Source: Octopus sinensis (taxonomy: Eukaryota). Taken from it: DNA of 64,000 nucleotides. The DNA is taken from assembly GCF_006345805.1 (NCBI RefSeq), contig NC_043006.1, positions 13,392,001 through 13,456,000 of the forward strand. The letters run 5' to 3'. The notes under the pieces were generated by a model that worked only from the letters and a program-made list of their open reading frames with translations, made no database searches and was not told the origin of the DNA. Within the stretch, counting starts at the first letter, position 1. Every line of letters begins with the position of its first letter. Made by a program: the position numbers and the translations under genes. Shown here in pieces: positions 1 to 12,309 of the stretch.

Positions 1-9
1 TATATGTAC

Positions 10-45
10 CTTTCTGTAGAAGAGCGTAGGCTCGAAACGTAAAAG
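10..45 (+). ncRNA. minimal type-I hammerhead ribozyme-like motif (variant core) in a Penelope-like short element
   Basis: CTTT-CTGTAGAA-GAGC(GTAG)GCTC-GAAA-CG-TA-AAAG: stems I and II pair, palindromic ACGT stem III, GUA site. Confidence 0.55.
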
Positions 46-142
46 ACTTTTTCTATTTCTGAGGTTTATACTAATGCATCTGTTTGTTTTGTACACCACC
101 TGTCTTCGTCTTTTATTTTTTTCGTAAACTCCCCTTATATAT

Positions 143-196
<54 letters not shown>

Positions 197-1576
197 CTTT
201 TTCTTCTCGGGTGCGGTTTGAGAGAGAAATTCTGCTGCTATTTATTGTAAACTGAATCCATGAAATAAGTACCCAGTGCACTTTCCATCAATGCGGAAAT
301 TACTTCATTTCATTCAAGCCACAAATGTCAATTTTACTATTCGTTTTCAGATCCGTTTCTTTGTTCTTCCAAACAGAGAATATAGACTTTAGATTATCTT
401 TGTGCATTCATAAAGTTACGCTTCGGGTTTTGTATAAAATATTTAGATACAAGCAAAACGAGATTACATAATTCATATTATTTCTTTTACATATAGATAG
501 TATTAAGCTCTAAAATTATAAAGTTACAGCGAGTCCGGCTGAAACTGGAACCATAACTCTCAAATATTCCCGAACTAGAACTGCATATTAATATATCTCA
601 ATAAAAGGAGAAAAGTCACCGTAAAAGTTATTAACACCAACGTAAATATGACCCGACAAATCAACACCTGTCGGCTTATTAAAACTGACAATCTTCAAAG
701 AAAGTGTCCCAGTTTTTTCCTGGCAAAGGGTTTGGCCGAAGATTCTAGATGAATGGCTTGCAATTATAAAAGCTGGTAAATGCAACCTTCGACCAGAGTC
801 ACTAACTGCCTATGGGGATTTATGTTCCTTGTCTCAACGAGTACTTTTCCTCCCTTTCTTTCACTTTTCTTATGTAAAATGTTTATGCCATATTAGACAA
901 AAAGCGCTCACCTTGTTGTATCGAGTAACATCTTAAGTTCATGCGATGATTTAAATTTCTCACACTACTTTCATAATATTATCTACCAAGTTATATAAAT
1001 ATAGGATATTCCTAACCGTTATGTTCGTTGAACGTTATTCTATTAATTTATGGGATGTACATTTGTAAGTATAACGAATTGGAGCTTGAATCGTTATCAT
1101 CTAAAGATTTGAGACTACTTCTTAGGCTTAAGAATTTTTAGCTGGTGAAATATTAACTTCAAATAAACGTTAATACTGCCAATACACTATATTCTTATAC
1201 GAATCTCACGTTATTTCTTCATAAAAGTATGTATGTGTGTATGCATAAGTGTATAGAAGGGTGTACAGGACTTTGAATTGAGGTAGTACCTTAAGTTTCT
1301 GGCAGGTGCTGCTTGCCAGAAATGGTCAGGTGGAGAGGAATCACTAGTCCTCATTCAACTCTTAGTCTCTCACTTGATGGCTCCTAACGTCACACCCAGT
1401 TACTCCACTTCGGATGGTTGGCTAAACCCAAGTGAGGAATGGTGTTAACACTGCACCAGCAGGCGAAGGACATCGGGCAATGCTTCCCAATGAGTCACCA
1501 ACCAGAGCAGAGGAACCTGCTAAGGTTAACAGGGCAGGGGGCAGTATTCGAGACCAAGGTATGTTTCAGGTAGAAA

Positions 1577-1810
1577 GGCGGCGAGCTGGCAGAAACGTTG
1601 GCACGCCGGGCGAAACGCTTAGTAGTATTTCGTCTACTGTTACGTCCTGGGTTCAAATTCCGCCGAGGTCGACTTTTCTTTTCATCCTTTCGGGGTCGAT
1701 AAATTAAGTACCAGTTATGCACTGGGGTCGATATAATGGACTTAATCCGTTTGTCTGTCCTTGTTTGTCCCTTCTGTGTTTAGCTCCTTGTGGGTAGTAA
1801 AGAAATAGGT
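1577..1810 (+). mobile_element. tRNA-derived SINE family A (Deu/Nin-like core)
   Basis: ggcggcgagctggcagaa head, tttcatcctttcggggtcgataaattaagtaccag core; TSD AGGTATGTTTCAGGTAGA. Confidence 0.85.
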
Positions 1811-2141
1811 ATGTTTCAGGTAGATGCATGCGTTTGGGGTGAACAAACGCATTAGAGAGGAATGGGCGCTCCCAAGCTAACTTGACCATAATATATTCAT
1901 GATGATGACGCTTTAGACCAGAACCCACACCGGATCGGTCATCGCCCGGATTGACATCAAAAAGTGAACACGCCTCAATTTCGTCGACTTACAGAAGATA
2001 GCAGAATGTCGAGAGAGGAAGCGAAATCTAGTTTCAACGGCATCAAGGAGTGCTCCAACGACCGCACGGTCGAGGAATAGAAAGGAAGAAAGGTGTGTTT
2101 GTCTCTCTGTGTGCACCTGTGTGTATGTGTGTGTGTGTGTG

Positions 2142-2172
<31 letters not shown>

Positions 2173-2560
2173 AAATTTATTTGGTACATTATTATTTCAT
2201 AGTAGATGAGAATGTCGGCAAATGAAGATGATATTCGCAAAGGAGTGGATGTATTTGCAGAATTAGTTAAACGAGGGATTTACTGTTGTACAGTGCCTGA
2301 ATTTGGATGCATCATCTAGTTCATGAACTGAGATGATTAGTTACAAATGGTCAGAGATTAAATTCTGTCGGAATGATATGGCTTACATAACCAATATCCA
2401 GGTGGAGTGGGTCCTGGTGATGTAGGATAAAATGCTCTTCCTAAAAGCACAAAAATGTCCTAGCAACGGTAGATTGATTTCACCTAGGTAGAGTAATATT
2501 TAATCTGCAGGTTCATCCCATCCCTACTAGTTATTTAAGAAAACCGTATTAGCGATATAG

Positions 2561-2793
2561 GGCGGCGAGCTGGCAGAATCGTTAGCACGCCGGGCGAAAT
2601 GCTTAGCAGCATTTCGTCTGCCGCTACGTTCGGAGTTCAAATTCCGCAGAGGTCGACTTTGCCTTTCATCCTTTCGGGGTCGATTAAATAAGTACCAGTT
2701 AGGCACTGGGGTCGATATAATCGACTTAATCCGTTTGTCTGTCCTTGTTTGTCCTCTCTGTGTTTATCTCCTTGTGGGTAGTAAAGAAATAGG
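2561..2793 (+). mobile_element. SINE family A
   Basis: same sequence; TSD GTATTAGCGATATA. Confidence 0.85.
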
Positions 2794-3120
2794 TATTAGC
2801 GATATAAATAAAAAGAAATAGCATCAACCAAGGATAGAAAAATATTGTTTCAATCCTGTGCTAATTTAGCTCGTGTTTAATAGCAATCAATAACTGCAAG
2901 TGATTTTGTTGATGAATAATTTTAATTTAATAAATTGTCACCGAACTTAATATTACTGCACATCTCAACATTTATATTACTCACTCCTGATTATTTATAT
3001 ATATTTTCAAAGATATCTACATACAAACTACACAATATTTAATCTTACTCTTTTTTTCTTTCAACCTCAATCGCTCTTGTGTAAAATTCTACAGGTTTTG
3101 TAAAAAATTTGTATAGAATA

Positions 3121-3505
3121 GGCTCAGGAGTGGCTGTGTGGTAAGTAGCTTGCTTACCAACCACATGGTTCCGGGTTCAGTCCCACTGCGTGGCACCTTG
3201 GGCAAGTATCTTCTACTATAACCCTACCAAAGCATTATGAGTGGATTTGGTAGACGGAAACTGAAAGAAGCCTGTCCTATATATGTATATGTATATGTAT
3301 GTATATGTATATATATATATGTGTGTGTGTGTGCTTGTGTGTCTGTGTTGGTCCCCCCTACCCCCAACATCGCTTGACTACCGATGCTGGTGTGTTTATG
3401 TCCCCGTAACTTAGCGGTTCGGCAAAAGAGACCGATAGAATAAGTACTAGGCTTACAAAGAATAAGTCCTGTGGATCGATTTCCTCGACTAAAGGCGGTG
3501 CTCCA
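3121..3505 (+). mobile_element. tRNA-derived SINE family B (CORE-like)
   Basis: ggagtggctgtgtggtaag A-box, gggttcagtccc B-box, ggcaccttgggcaagt core; further copies at 24195, 24856, 32877, 36927, 39552. Confidence 0.8.
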
Positions 3506-4948
3506 GGTGAACGGTGAGAATCAGAATGACGATACGAATATTCATTCTTAATATGATTTGAACGTAAATCTGCTACTCGTAGTTGTATTTCGCCATTGAA
3601 AAACAACTCCTTCCCGATGACTGTGTGTTCACAGTGCATTCGATTCATTAGGGCAAGATGACTTTGGGATATTCTCTCTTTCGGCCTTGTTGTGTCTCCT
3701 TGGGCCAAAACCTTGGCTTCATTAGTCCAGGGTATCTCTGACCGATGAGGCATAACAAGGTCGAAACATCGTGTGTTCCAAATAATCCCCCTAACCCTAA
3801 TGAATCGTGTGTGCTATAAAGTTATATAGTCTGAAAGGAATTACTCTCAAATGATACTATAAAGTTACACTGTCTGAAAGGAATTAATCTCAAATGATGC
3901 TATACAGCAGCGACAAATATATTCAAGTTCGAATCTACCGGACGTATTAAGAATATGTAAGTCTTCATATTTTTATAAATTTTGGATAAAAGAAAATTAT
4001 GACTTTGGAATGAAAGAATCACCAAACCGAATGAAGAAAATTAATTTCAGTTGATGGGCCTTTTGTTATTAAAAGTAGCTTTCTCTCTAAATTGTGCGCT
4101 TCGTGTGCGCGCGCACATATTTTTACTACTAGCACGCAAAATGAAAATGTGCGCACACGTTTTTTGCAACTAGCACACAAGGGTCAAAATGTTTCCAACA
4201 CAAAAAATCGCTTCTTTTTTAATTGAAAAAATCTGAGCGTTGGTTACCCGCATCGATGCGCATATACATTGCATAAGAAGACAAAATGTGCATACAAGCA
4301 TATTTCTGCGCCCAGCCACTACAAAACATTTATGGGAAACATTGATTAGAAGTATCCGATAATAAGATATGAGACTTCTTTACTTTCTTCTGAAGGTTCG
4401 ATAATCAAAATTGTAAACTTGTTGGAATTTCTTTTTCACAAATTTCTACTCCTCCAATTCCTGATCATTGCACATGCTTTGTTCAGAAATACGGTGTTAG
4501 GGTTGCTATTGATTGAGTTTTGCTCACATCTAAGTACCCTGTCGACAAATATCTTTATCCATTTGTAATATTTTCCTTAATATGATGTTATTACATACGC
4601 AAATACGTTTTATCGGTAAGATAATATATTTCTATTTCGTTTTTGAATTTGGTTTGCAAGATTCTTTATGTGAGTTCGTGTGTTGAAGCATATTCTGTTG
4701 TGTCTGGAGAGAGTCATTTTCTTTGTGTGCCTTATAATATAACACACTCACCAGTGAAATTTCCCCTTTTTTTCTTATTTTCTATTGAAAAGGTTGCAAG
4801 ACGCAACGAAAATTTTAGGAAAATAAAAATATGAAAAGAAAAGTGGGAATTTTACCGGTGAGTGAGTTATATTATAAGGCACAAAAAGAAAATGACTCTC
4901 CCCAGACACAACAGAATATATTTCTAGTTATGATTCTAACACTTGTAA

Positions 4949-5289
4949 TCAATATCTATAAAGCTGAAATGCGAAAAAGTTGTTTGTCTCATTTTGGGAT
5001 GGGAACGGTTTAAGGGGGGGTCGGATTGGCGCCAAAATTTACACTGGGGAGCAAATTTACACTGGTGGGCAATGTTGTGCGAAGGGTTGCAAGTCGTTCG
5101 GGGCTACCGTTTGGTTGCCATGGTGAGGAATATGGTAAAACGAAGCACGGGTCAAAATAGCTAGGGTTATCTTTTTATAAAAGTGAAAGGATTTTGTCTA
5201 TTTATTTATTTCGACAGTGATTAAATTGACGAGGAAAACTGTACCAATAAAGCAACTTAAACCGCCCAAAGGGCGGGTGCGTTTTCTAG
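4949..5289 (+). mobile_element. non-autonomous Helitron
   Basis: 5' TC..ATAAAGCTGAA; 3' hairpin CCGCCC-AAA-GGGCGG then CTAG|T. Confidence 0.55.
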
Positions 5290-5386
5290 TCTTTATATAT
5301 TTTCCAGATATTGAGGTCATTTGAAACAGTTAAATTGAATAAGAACAAAATCGATTTGCAAATCAATCGTTAAAATGGCATCATAC

Positions 5387-5527
5387 AAACGGGCTTTTCT
5401 CAGGCTTGGAAGGGAAGAGTATCTTTGGACACTCGCCTGACTGGTGCCAAATGTTGCCATCCAGCCAATCGTTGCTCCACAGAGTAGATTCCAAAATGTA
5501 TGTCGAATGGTCGGATCTACACGAAAT
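5387..5527 (-). CDS. SLC5 symporter coding exon 7 (next exon not found; gene probably continues left of the window)
   Basis: tttcag|A-FRVDPTIRHTFWNLLCGATIGWMATFGTSQASVQRYSSLPSLRKAR-TT|gtatga; DP..RHTFW and Q..VQRY motifs. Confidence 0.92.
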
Positions 5528-5651
5528 CTGAAAAAGGTGAAATGATATAATCTTTTATTCATTTCGTTGCGTTAAAAATTAGCAAGAAATATACTAATGA
5601 ATATTAAGGTAATTTAGTTTGAGAGTGCAATTAACAAAATCATAGACTTAC

Positions 5652-5725
5652 TCGTTAAAATGGATTCTTCCCCATTGCTTGTTTACTTCCCAAACATGTT
5701 GTATTCCTCCGACAATTACGGTACC
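5652..5725 (-). CDS. SLC5 symporter coding exon 6
   Basis: ctttag|GTVIVGGIQHVWEVNKQWGRIHFN-GA|gtaagt; 74 nt. Confidence 0.9.
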
Positions 5726-5964
5726 CTAAAGGACAGATCAAAAACAAGAATGATTTTATCTTTTGCTTGTTTCAGTCATTAGATCGTGGCCATGCTGGGG
5801 CACCGCCTTGAAGAATCTTTAGTCGAATGAATCAACCCCACTACTAATTATTTTGTTTAGCTTGGTACTTATTCTGTTGGTATATTTTGCCGAACCGCTA
5901 AGTTAGGGGTTCGTAAACGCACCAATACTGGTTGTCAAGCGGTAGTGGGGGACAAACATAGGCG

Positions 5965-5970
5965 CACGCG

Positions 5971-6030
<60 letters not shown>

Positions 6031-6059
6031 ATATCCTGAGTGTACAGTATTATATATCC

Positions 6060-6110
<51 letters not shown>

Positions 6111-6116
6111 ATAATA

Positions 6117-6148
<32 letters not shown>

Positions 6149-6150
6149 GG

Positions 6151-6183
<33 letters not shown>

Positions 6184-6187
6184 TAAA

Positions 6188-6220
<33 letters not shown>

Positions 6221-6367
6221 ATATGTAATATATATATATATGTATATATATGTATATATATATATATAAAATATATATATATATCTATATATATATGTAT
6301 ATATATATATATGTATATATATATGTATATATTTATATAGATATATATATGTATGTATATATATATG

Positions 6368-6406
<39 letters not shown>

Positions 6407-6592
6407 GTATATATATATATACATATATATATATACATATATATATATGTATATATATATATATACATATATATATACATACATATATATATTATATATA
6501 TATATATATAATATATATACGTACACGACGCACGCATACACATACACATGTATATGCGTGTATGAGAGCTTTGTATGTGTGTGTGTGTGTGT
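5965..6592. repeat. (CA)n/(TA)n/(TG)n microsatellite block
   Basis: directly visible; source of spurious YI/HT ORFs. Confidence 0.95.
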
Positions 6593-7377
6593 ACTTGCGT
6601 GTCTTTACTTGACAACCGATGTGAGTTTGCTTTCGTCCCCGTAATTTAGCAGTTCGCCAAAAGATCCAAATGGAATAAGCACTAGATTCAAAAAACAAAA
6701 ACAATAAGTACAGGATCAATTTAATCAACCAAACCCTTCAAGGAATTGTCCCAGCTTTACCGTATTCTAACGAATAAAATAGGTACAAGAAAACACAAAG
6801 ACTCTTAGCTCACAAATGATCCAGGCCAGTAAGATAAAAACTAGACTTTACTGTTGAGAGCAGTGGTAGTTTATTAAAACTGACGAATTTCTCACTACTT
6901 TGCCGGACCAAAAGCTATGATTGCCGGAGCAAAGATATGATTATCACAAATTTGGAGGAATTAGTCGATTACATGGATCTAATAGATCACTAATGTCTTC
7001 ATGTACCTTCAGATATAACGGCAGTTAACCTAAGTTGCAAGCAGTGGTAACCCGTTTATAAATAAATGGTGCTTTGTTAGTTTTAAATATTGAAATAATT
7101 TCCCGTGTAATGAACATTCAGATATGTGGGGGACATCCATTCATTGTTCTGTGAATGTTTTGTAAAATGGAAAGGGTTAAATCAGTAAATTTTTACCTAA
7201 AATCTGGTTCGGAGATCTAAGGCAGTTTCTTATACTGGGTATGTGGGAAAAACTACTTATATTTTAGGTCAGAGACTTGGATAGACACAGTCTTCGTTAT
7301 AATTTAGTGCTATCTCGGTGTGTTGAGTACCTTCTGTTGCTTAATTGCCATTCACATTGGTATAAAACAAGCTTCGC

Positions 7378-7411
<34 letters not shown>

Positions 7412-7494
7412 ACACACGTATGTGTGTGTGTGTGTGCGTGTATAAAGAGAGGAAAAAGAAAAAGAGAGGTGTTGCGAGAGGTTTAGATACTGAC

Positions 7495-7575
7495 CTTGAT
7501 GACAATGGCAAGTAGTCCTGCTATCATTATCAATGCTTGGAAAACATCTGACCATACAACAGCCTTCAGACCACC
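7495..7575 (-). CDS. SLC5 symporter coding exon 5
   Basis: atttag|GGLKAVVWSDVFQALIMIAGLLAIVIK|gtcagt; SSF signature GG.KAV.W.D..Q. Confidence 0.93.
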
Positions 7576-7612
7576 CTAAATAATAATAACAACAATGATA
7601 ATAATATATAAG

Positions 7613-7641
<29 letters not shown>

Positions 7642-7645
<4 letters not shown>

Positions 7646-8028
7646 AGCACTCCGTCGGTTACGACGACGAGGGTTCCGGTTGATCCGAATCAACGGAACA
7701 GCCTGCTCGTGAAATTAACGTGTAAGTGGCTGAGCACTCCACAGACACGTGTACCCTTAACGTAGTTCTCGGGGATATTCAGCGTGATACACAGGGAGTG
7801 ACAAGGCCGGCCCTTTGAAATACAGGTACAACAGAAACAGGAAGTAAGAGTGAGAGAAAGTTGTGGTGAAAGAGTACAGCAGGGATCACCACCACCCCCT
7901 GCCGGAGCCTCGTGGAGCATTAGGTGTTTTCGCTCAATAAACACTCACAACGCCCGGTCTGGGAATCGAAACCACGATCCTATGACCGCGAGTCCGCTGC
8001 CCTAACCACTGGGCCATTGCGCCTCCAC
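7642..8028 (-). mobile_element. tRNA-derived SINE family C, tail type i
   Basis: near-identical to copies at 27931, 29202 and 35907. Confidence 0.85.
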
Positions 8029-8351
8029 ATATATATATATATATATGAATAACAATATGGTAATAAGAAATTATTATTACCAGTGGCCTAGCACAAAAAC
8101 GAATTAGTCATTAGACTATATATTATTCACATAGAAATACAATAAGAGGCTTCCAAATAGGAAAGCCTTGTGCTAGAAAGAGCAGTAGAAAACTCAAACC
8201 ACCAAATAAGGATAAATTCACGAAAGGAATGAAAATCGTAAACGTTTTTAATTTTCATTCCTTTCATGAATTTATCTTTATTTGGTGGTTTGAGTTTTCT
8301 ACTACTCTTTCTAGCTCAAGGCTTTCCTATTTGGAAGCCTCTTATTGTATT

Positions 8352-8415
<64 letters not shown>

Positions 8416-8433
8416 CGTGTGTATACACACATG

Positions 8434-8482
<49 letters not shown>

Positions 8483-8523
8483 GGAGCTAGTAAAAAGTGT
8501 AAAAATAAAACAATAATTCTTAC

Positions 8524-8590
8524 CAACAAGTATATATAGTGGCAACTACTCCAACAAGCAAAATGGTGGCCCTTTCCGGAAGTTCAGTTA
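8524..8590 (-). CDS. SLC5 symporter coding exon 4 (67 nt; apparently 1 nt short)
   Basis: ctccag|(V)TELPERATILLVGVVATIYTC-TG|gtaaga; ends in phase 2 whereas exon 5 starts in phase 0. Confidence 0.8.
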
Positions 8591-9039
8591 CTGGAGAGAG
8601 GAAATATAACACAACTATCTTTGAAATTGTCAAGTATTAGTACGGCTTTATAAATAGCATTTTTAGTATTTGTATGATATTATAATTGATATTTATAGTA
8701 TAAGCGCGGCCTTGTGAACAACAATTAGTATAACTCTGTTATAAATTTCTTTAAATATAGCGCCAAATAAATTGAGAAGTTAAGCCACTGTAGTTTTCAC
8801 TGATCTTCCGTAAATATTTTTCTAGCGAGACACTTGTTGATTTTTTTAAAAATCAGGACATTCGAGTTCCCCAGCTCAAGACCATGCACACCCTACAAAC
8901 GGTCATAAAAAGCAAGGGCTAGTTATGAAAAACTAATCGTCACCATAAATGGCATTAATGCCTACGCGGATACAGCTTGATTTATCAAATCGGTTGGTGC
9001 CTAAAGTCTGCTCGTACGTTCTAGAAAAACGCCGCTCAT

Positions 9040-9450
9040 CATCCTTCATCATTGTTCGACCGTGGTCGAGACAATGGAATTTACTATGCTACGCCAGACT
9101 TCACGGTCCATCATAGCATTACGGAGGTCCTGCTGTTGGATGCCTGTATCCCTGGAGATTACATCAGGGTAGGAGAGTGTGCGCCCTCTGGTATCGCAAG
9201 CAGATGGCTTCTAGAGGAGAAGAGTAGAAATTACCTTGTTTCCAGCTCTACAACAATGTCCAGCAAACTGGACTCTCCTACCTTTCACAAGAGATGATAC
9301 AGGTGATAGTTTCCCATATATTTGCATTTTGGTTGGATGACGCTTCCACGAGAGATTTTGAGCTCTCATAAGGAGGCGAGTGTAAGTTCCATCCAACCGC
9401 CTCTCAAGCTTTTTTGATAACGTCCAGGTTTCTGAGCCAAATAGTAGAAT
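9040..9450 (-). mobile_element. RTE-clade LINE 3' fragment
   Basis: LLFGSETWTLSKKLERRLDGTYTRLLMRAQNLSWKRHP; GAT-repeat tail; second copy at 16357-16689. Confidence 0.85.
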
Positions 9451-10404
9451 TGGCGATAGTAGAATTGGCTCCGTTAGGCTATAACAAGCTGGCGAATTAA
9501 GCCTCAGGTAGAGCTCTCCAGACAACCAAGTCTGCACCTTGCTATATACACCCCTGCACACCTAAGTTACAGTGTGAACTTATTAATCAACCCACTGTAC
9601 CTGATATATATACGGAACTATTTCGCTCTTACCCTCTATTTCTTTTCTCTTAACATGCTTGTGTTATATTCAACAAAAACGTACAAACCTTGAGTTGTTA
9701 TTCCGAACCATGCACGCATTACTTACATGCTATAGTTCTCGCTCTCTCTATTTATCTTGCTTATAGTAACTGTGCACAACTTTCATGTAATTATCTAGCA
9801 TATTGTATTACAGAACACTTTTAACTATTCCATGCTTTATATCAGGAATCCTGTTCCACTAAATCAAATATTTGTTCATATGTAAATGCAAACGTTCCAG
9901 ATTAAAATAAGAAATATACGAAAACTCAAATATTAGTGTGGTCATTCTCGCCTTTGCACGAAGATTATTTGATATTGTGTATTACCAACGACTAATTGAT
10001 TACTAAGACCAACGGAATTTGTGTATCCTCTTTTCAGTGTGATATCAAATCATATATTCTTCGCAGGTATTGACAATGTGAGGTAAGTTGCATGTGTAGA
10101 CATTGACCACATTAAAACTTGTTCGAGTTTCAAATATTGTATTAACCATAAATGTATATCTAATAAATTAATGGAGCAACTTCAACGAACATAACTGCTG
10201 GGAATCTTCAGCCTATAATTTTCTGAATAGCATTATGAAATTAGTGCATTATGAAATTTTCTGAATAGCATTATGAAATTAGCATTATGAAATTACAACC
10301 ACTGCAAATAATTAATGTGTGTTACTACACTATATTGCAAGGATGGTTGTTTTTGGTCGAGTACGACACAAGCAAGTTTCATAAGAAAAATTATATATAT
10401 ATAT

Positions 10405-10523
<119 letters not shown>

Positions 10524-11188
10524 GACAGAAATAGAGAGAGACAGAGAGACCAACTCGCTGAAATTAGTAACATAGTTTCCCTTACATCGCTTAGCGGATT
10601 TCTGGTATAAAGTTGAATCCAGCTTTTATAGTTGTAAGCCAAATTCTAGAATCTTCGGCCAAATTGTTTGACGGGAAAACTCATTGCGTTACTTTGAAAT
10701 TTCCCATGTCAACTGTCGGTCAACACGTGTTGGTTGGTCAAGCCATATTCACGAAAGCGTCAATACCTTTTATAGCGATACTTTCCCTTTTATCTAGATA
10801 CATTAGTACGTGGTTCTAGACTAGAAAAATTGAGAGTTATGGTTCAAATCTCAGCTGGAGTCTTGTTACAATCTAAAAGATACGCTTTTGGAGAAGCAGA
10901 AATTCGTTCCATACAAATTTATTTATTTGACTAATATTGGTTTCAAATTTTAGCACAAGGCCAGCAATTTCAGAGGAGGTAAATAATCGATTATATCGAC
11001 CCAAGCGCTCAACTGGTTCATATTTTATTGATCCAAGAAAGGCAAAGTCGGAATTTGAACTCGGAACGAAATGAAGGACGTTTATTTGACTAATATTGTC
11101 ATGATTTCATGATTAACTTTTTAATTTAAATTTATATAGAACGAAGTGCATAGAAAAATATTTTTGAGATAGATCGTTTAGCCTTTAC

Positions 11189-11240
11189 CTGCGTGTAAAG
11201 CTGTTGAAGGAGCATAGGAGGCAATACCAAGGTAAATGAC
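11189..11240 (-). CDS. SLC5 symporter coding exon 3
   Basis: ttttag|VIYLGIASYAPSTALHA+G|gtaaag; YAP.AL motif; 52 nt. Confidence 0.9.
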
Positions 11241-12207
11241 CTAAAACAGTGAGATATTATTCATTACAATTTAATAGCTTCAAAAATTAACATCAATTTT
11301 ACACATTAAGCAAAAATAAAACGACAAAAATGTTTCCTAAAGTATTTTCGCACGAAAGATTCTTTAGATGTGATTCGATTAGACTTAATTATAAGTTGTT
11401 TTTTAAGTGGAACAGGAAATTTTGTGTCTAAAATATCCGGAATCATTTTCCGTTCATGATTTATTGAGAGCACTTTTACACAACATAGAACTTAACGAAA
11501 GAATAATAATTAGCAACAGCCATCAGCTTATCCAACTGTTGCACTTCCACTGCTTTAAAAAGAACGTAAAAGAGATTCATTGAAAGACCTGTCATATATA
11601 AAATCAGAATTAGTTAAAATCTCTTACTAAAGATAAATATTAGTTACCGCTATATCTTTTTGATTCAACCAGTCTATCGACTAATTTTTTTTAGCCAATT
11701 ACATACTAGAATATACACTATGTCAATATCTGCTGACATTCTCTTGAAACTCTTCCATTAACGTCCGTATAATTATACGTTACGCTCATCTCAATGAAGC
11801 TGTTCTTCCAGTCAGATGAATTTGCATTTCATGAAAAATATCAATACAACATGAGATCAGATTATGTCAGCAGAATTTCAGTTACGAAATAAAAATTATC
11901 ATTGAGATAATTATATCAAAACTTTTGCAGAAAAGCCGCAAACAGAGCACTGGAGACTGCGAAGTGAGTCAAGGAAAATACGGGACTGATGGTGGTGCAT
12001 TTCTTATTTCTATATTGCCCACAAGGGGCTAAACATAGAAGGGGCAAACAAGGACAGACAAAGGGATTAAGTCGATTACATCGACCCCAGTGCGTAACTG
12101 GTACTTAATTTATCGGCCCCGAAAGGATGAAAGGCAAAGCCGACCTCGGCGGAATTTGAACTCAGGACGTAACGGCAGACGAAAGGATCTCCGTGTAATG
12201 ATGAGAT

Positions 12208-12245
<38 letters not shown>

Positions 12246-12309
12246 CGTTTTAAGGCGGCGAGCTGGCAGAAACATTATCACGCCGGGTGAAATTCTTAGC
12301 CGTATTTCG

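Noticed and set aside
2207-2320. Short plus-strand reading MSANEDDIRKGVDVFAELVKR, reminiscent of an aminotransferase C-terminal helix
   Set aside because: No partner exons or diagnostic motif; too short to support.
3358-3753. 131-aa minus-strand ORF faintly like a GIY-YIG C-terminus
   Set aside because: Part of it is antisense SINE, there is no GIY-YIG motif, and its orientation conflicts with the nearby hammerhead-like motif.
5935-6728. Long YI/HT/CV-repeat ORFs (also at 8229-8545, 23375-23909, 38518-39002, 62206-62745)
   Set aside because: Translations of microsatellites, not genes.
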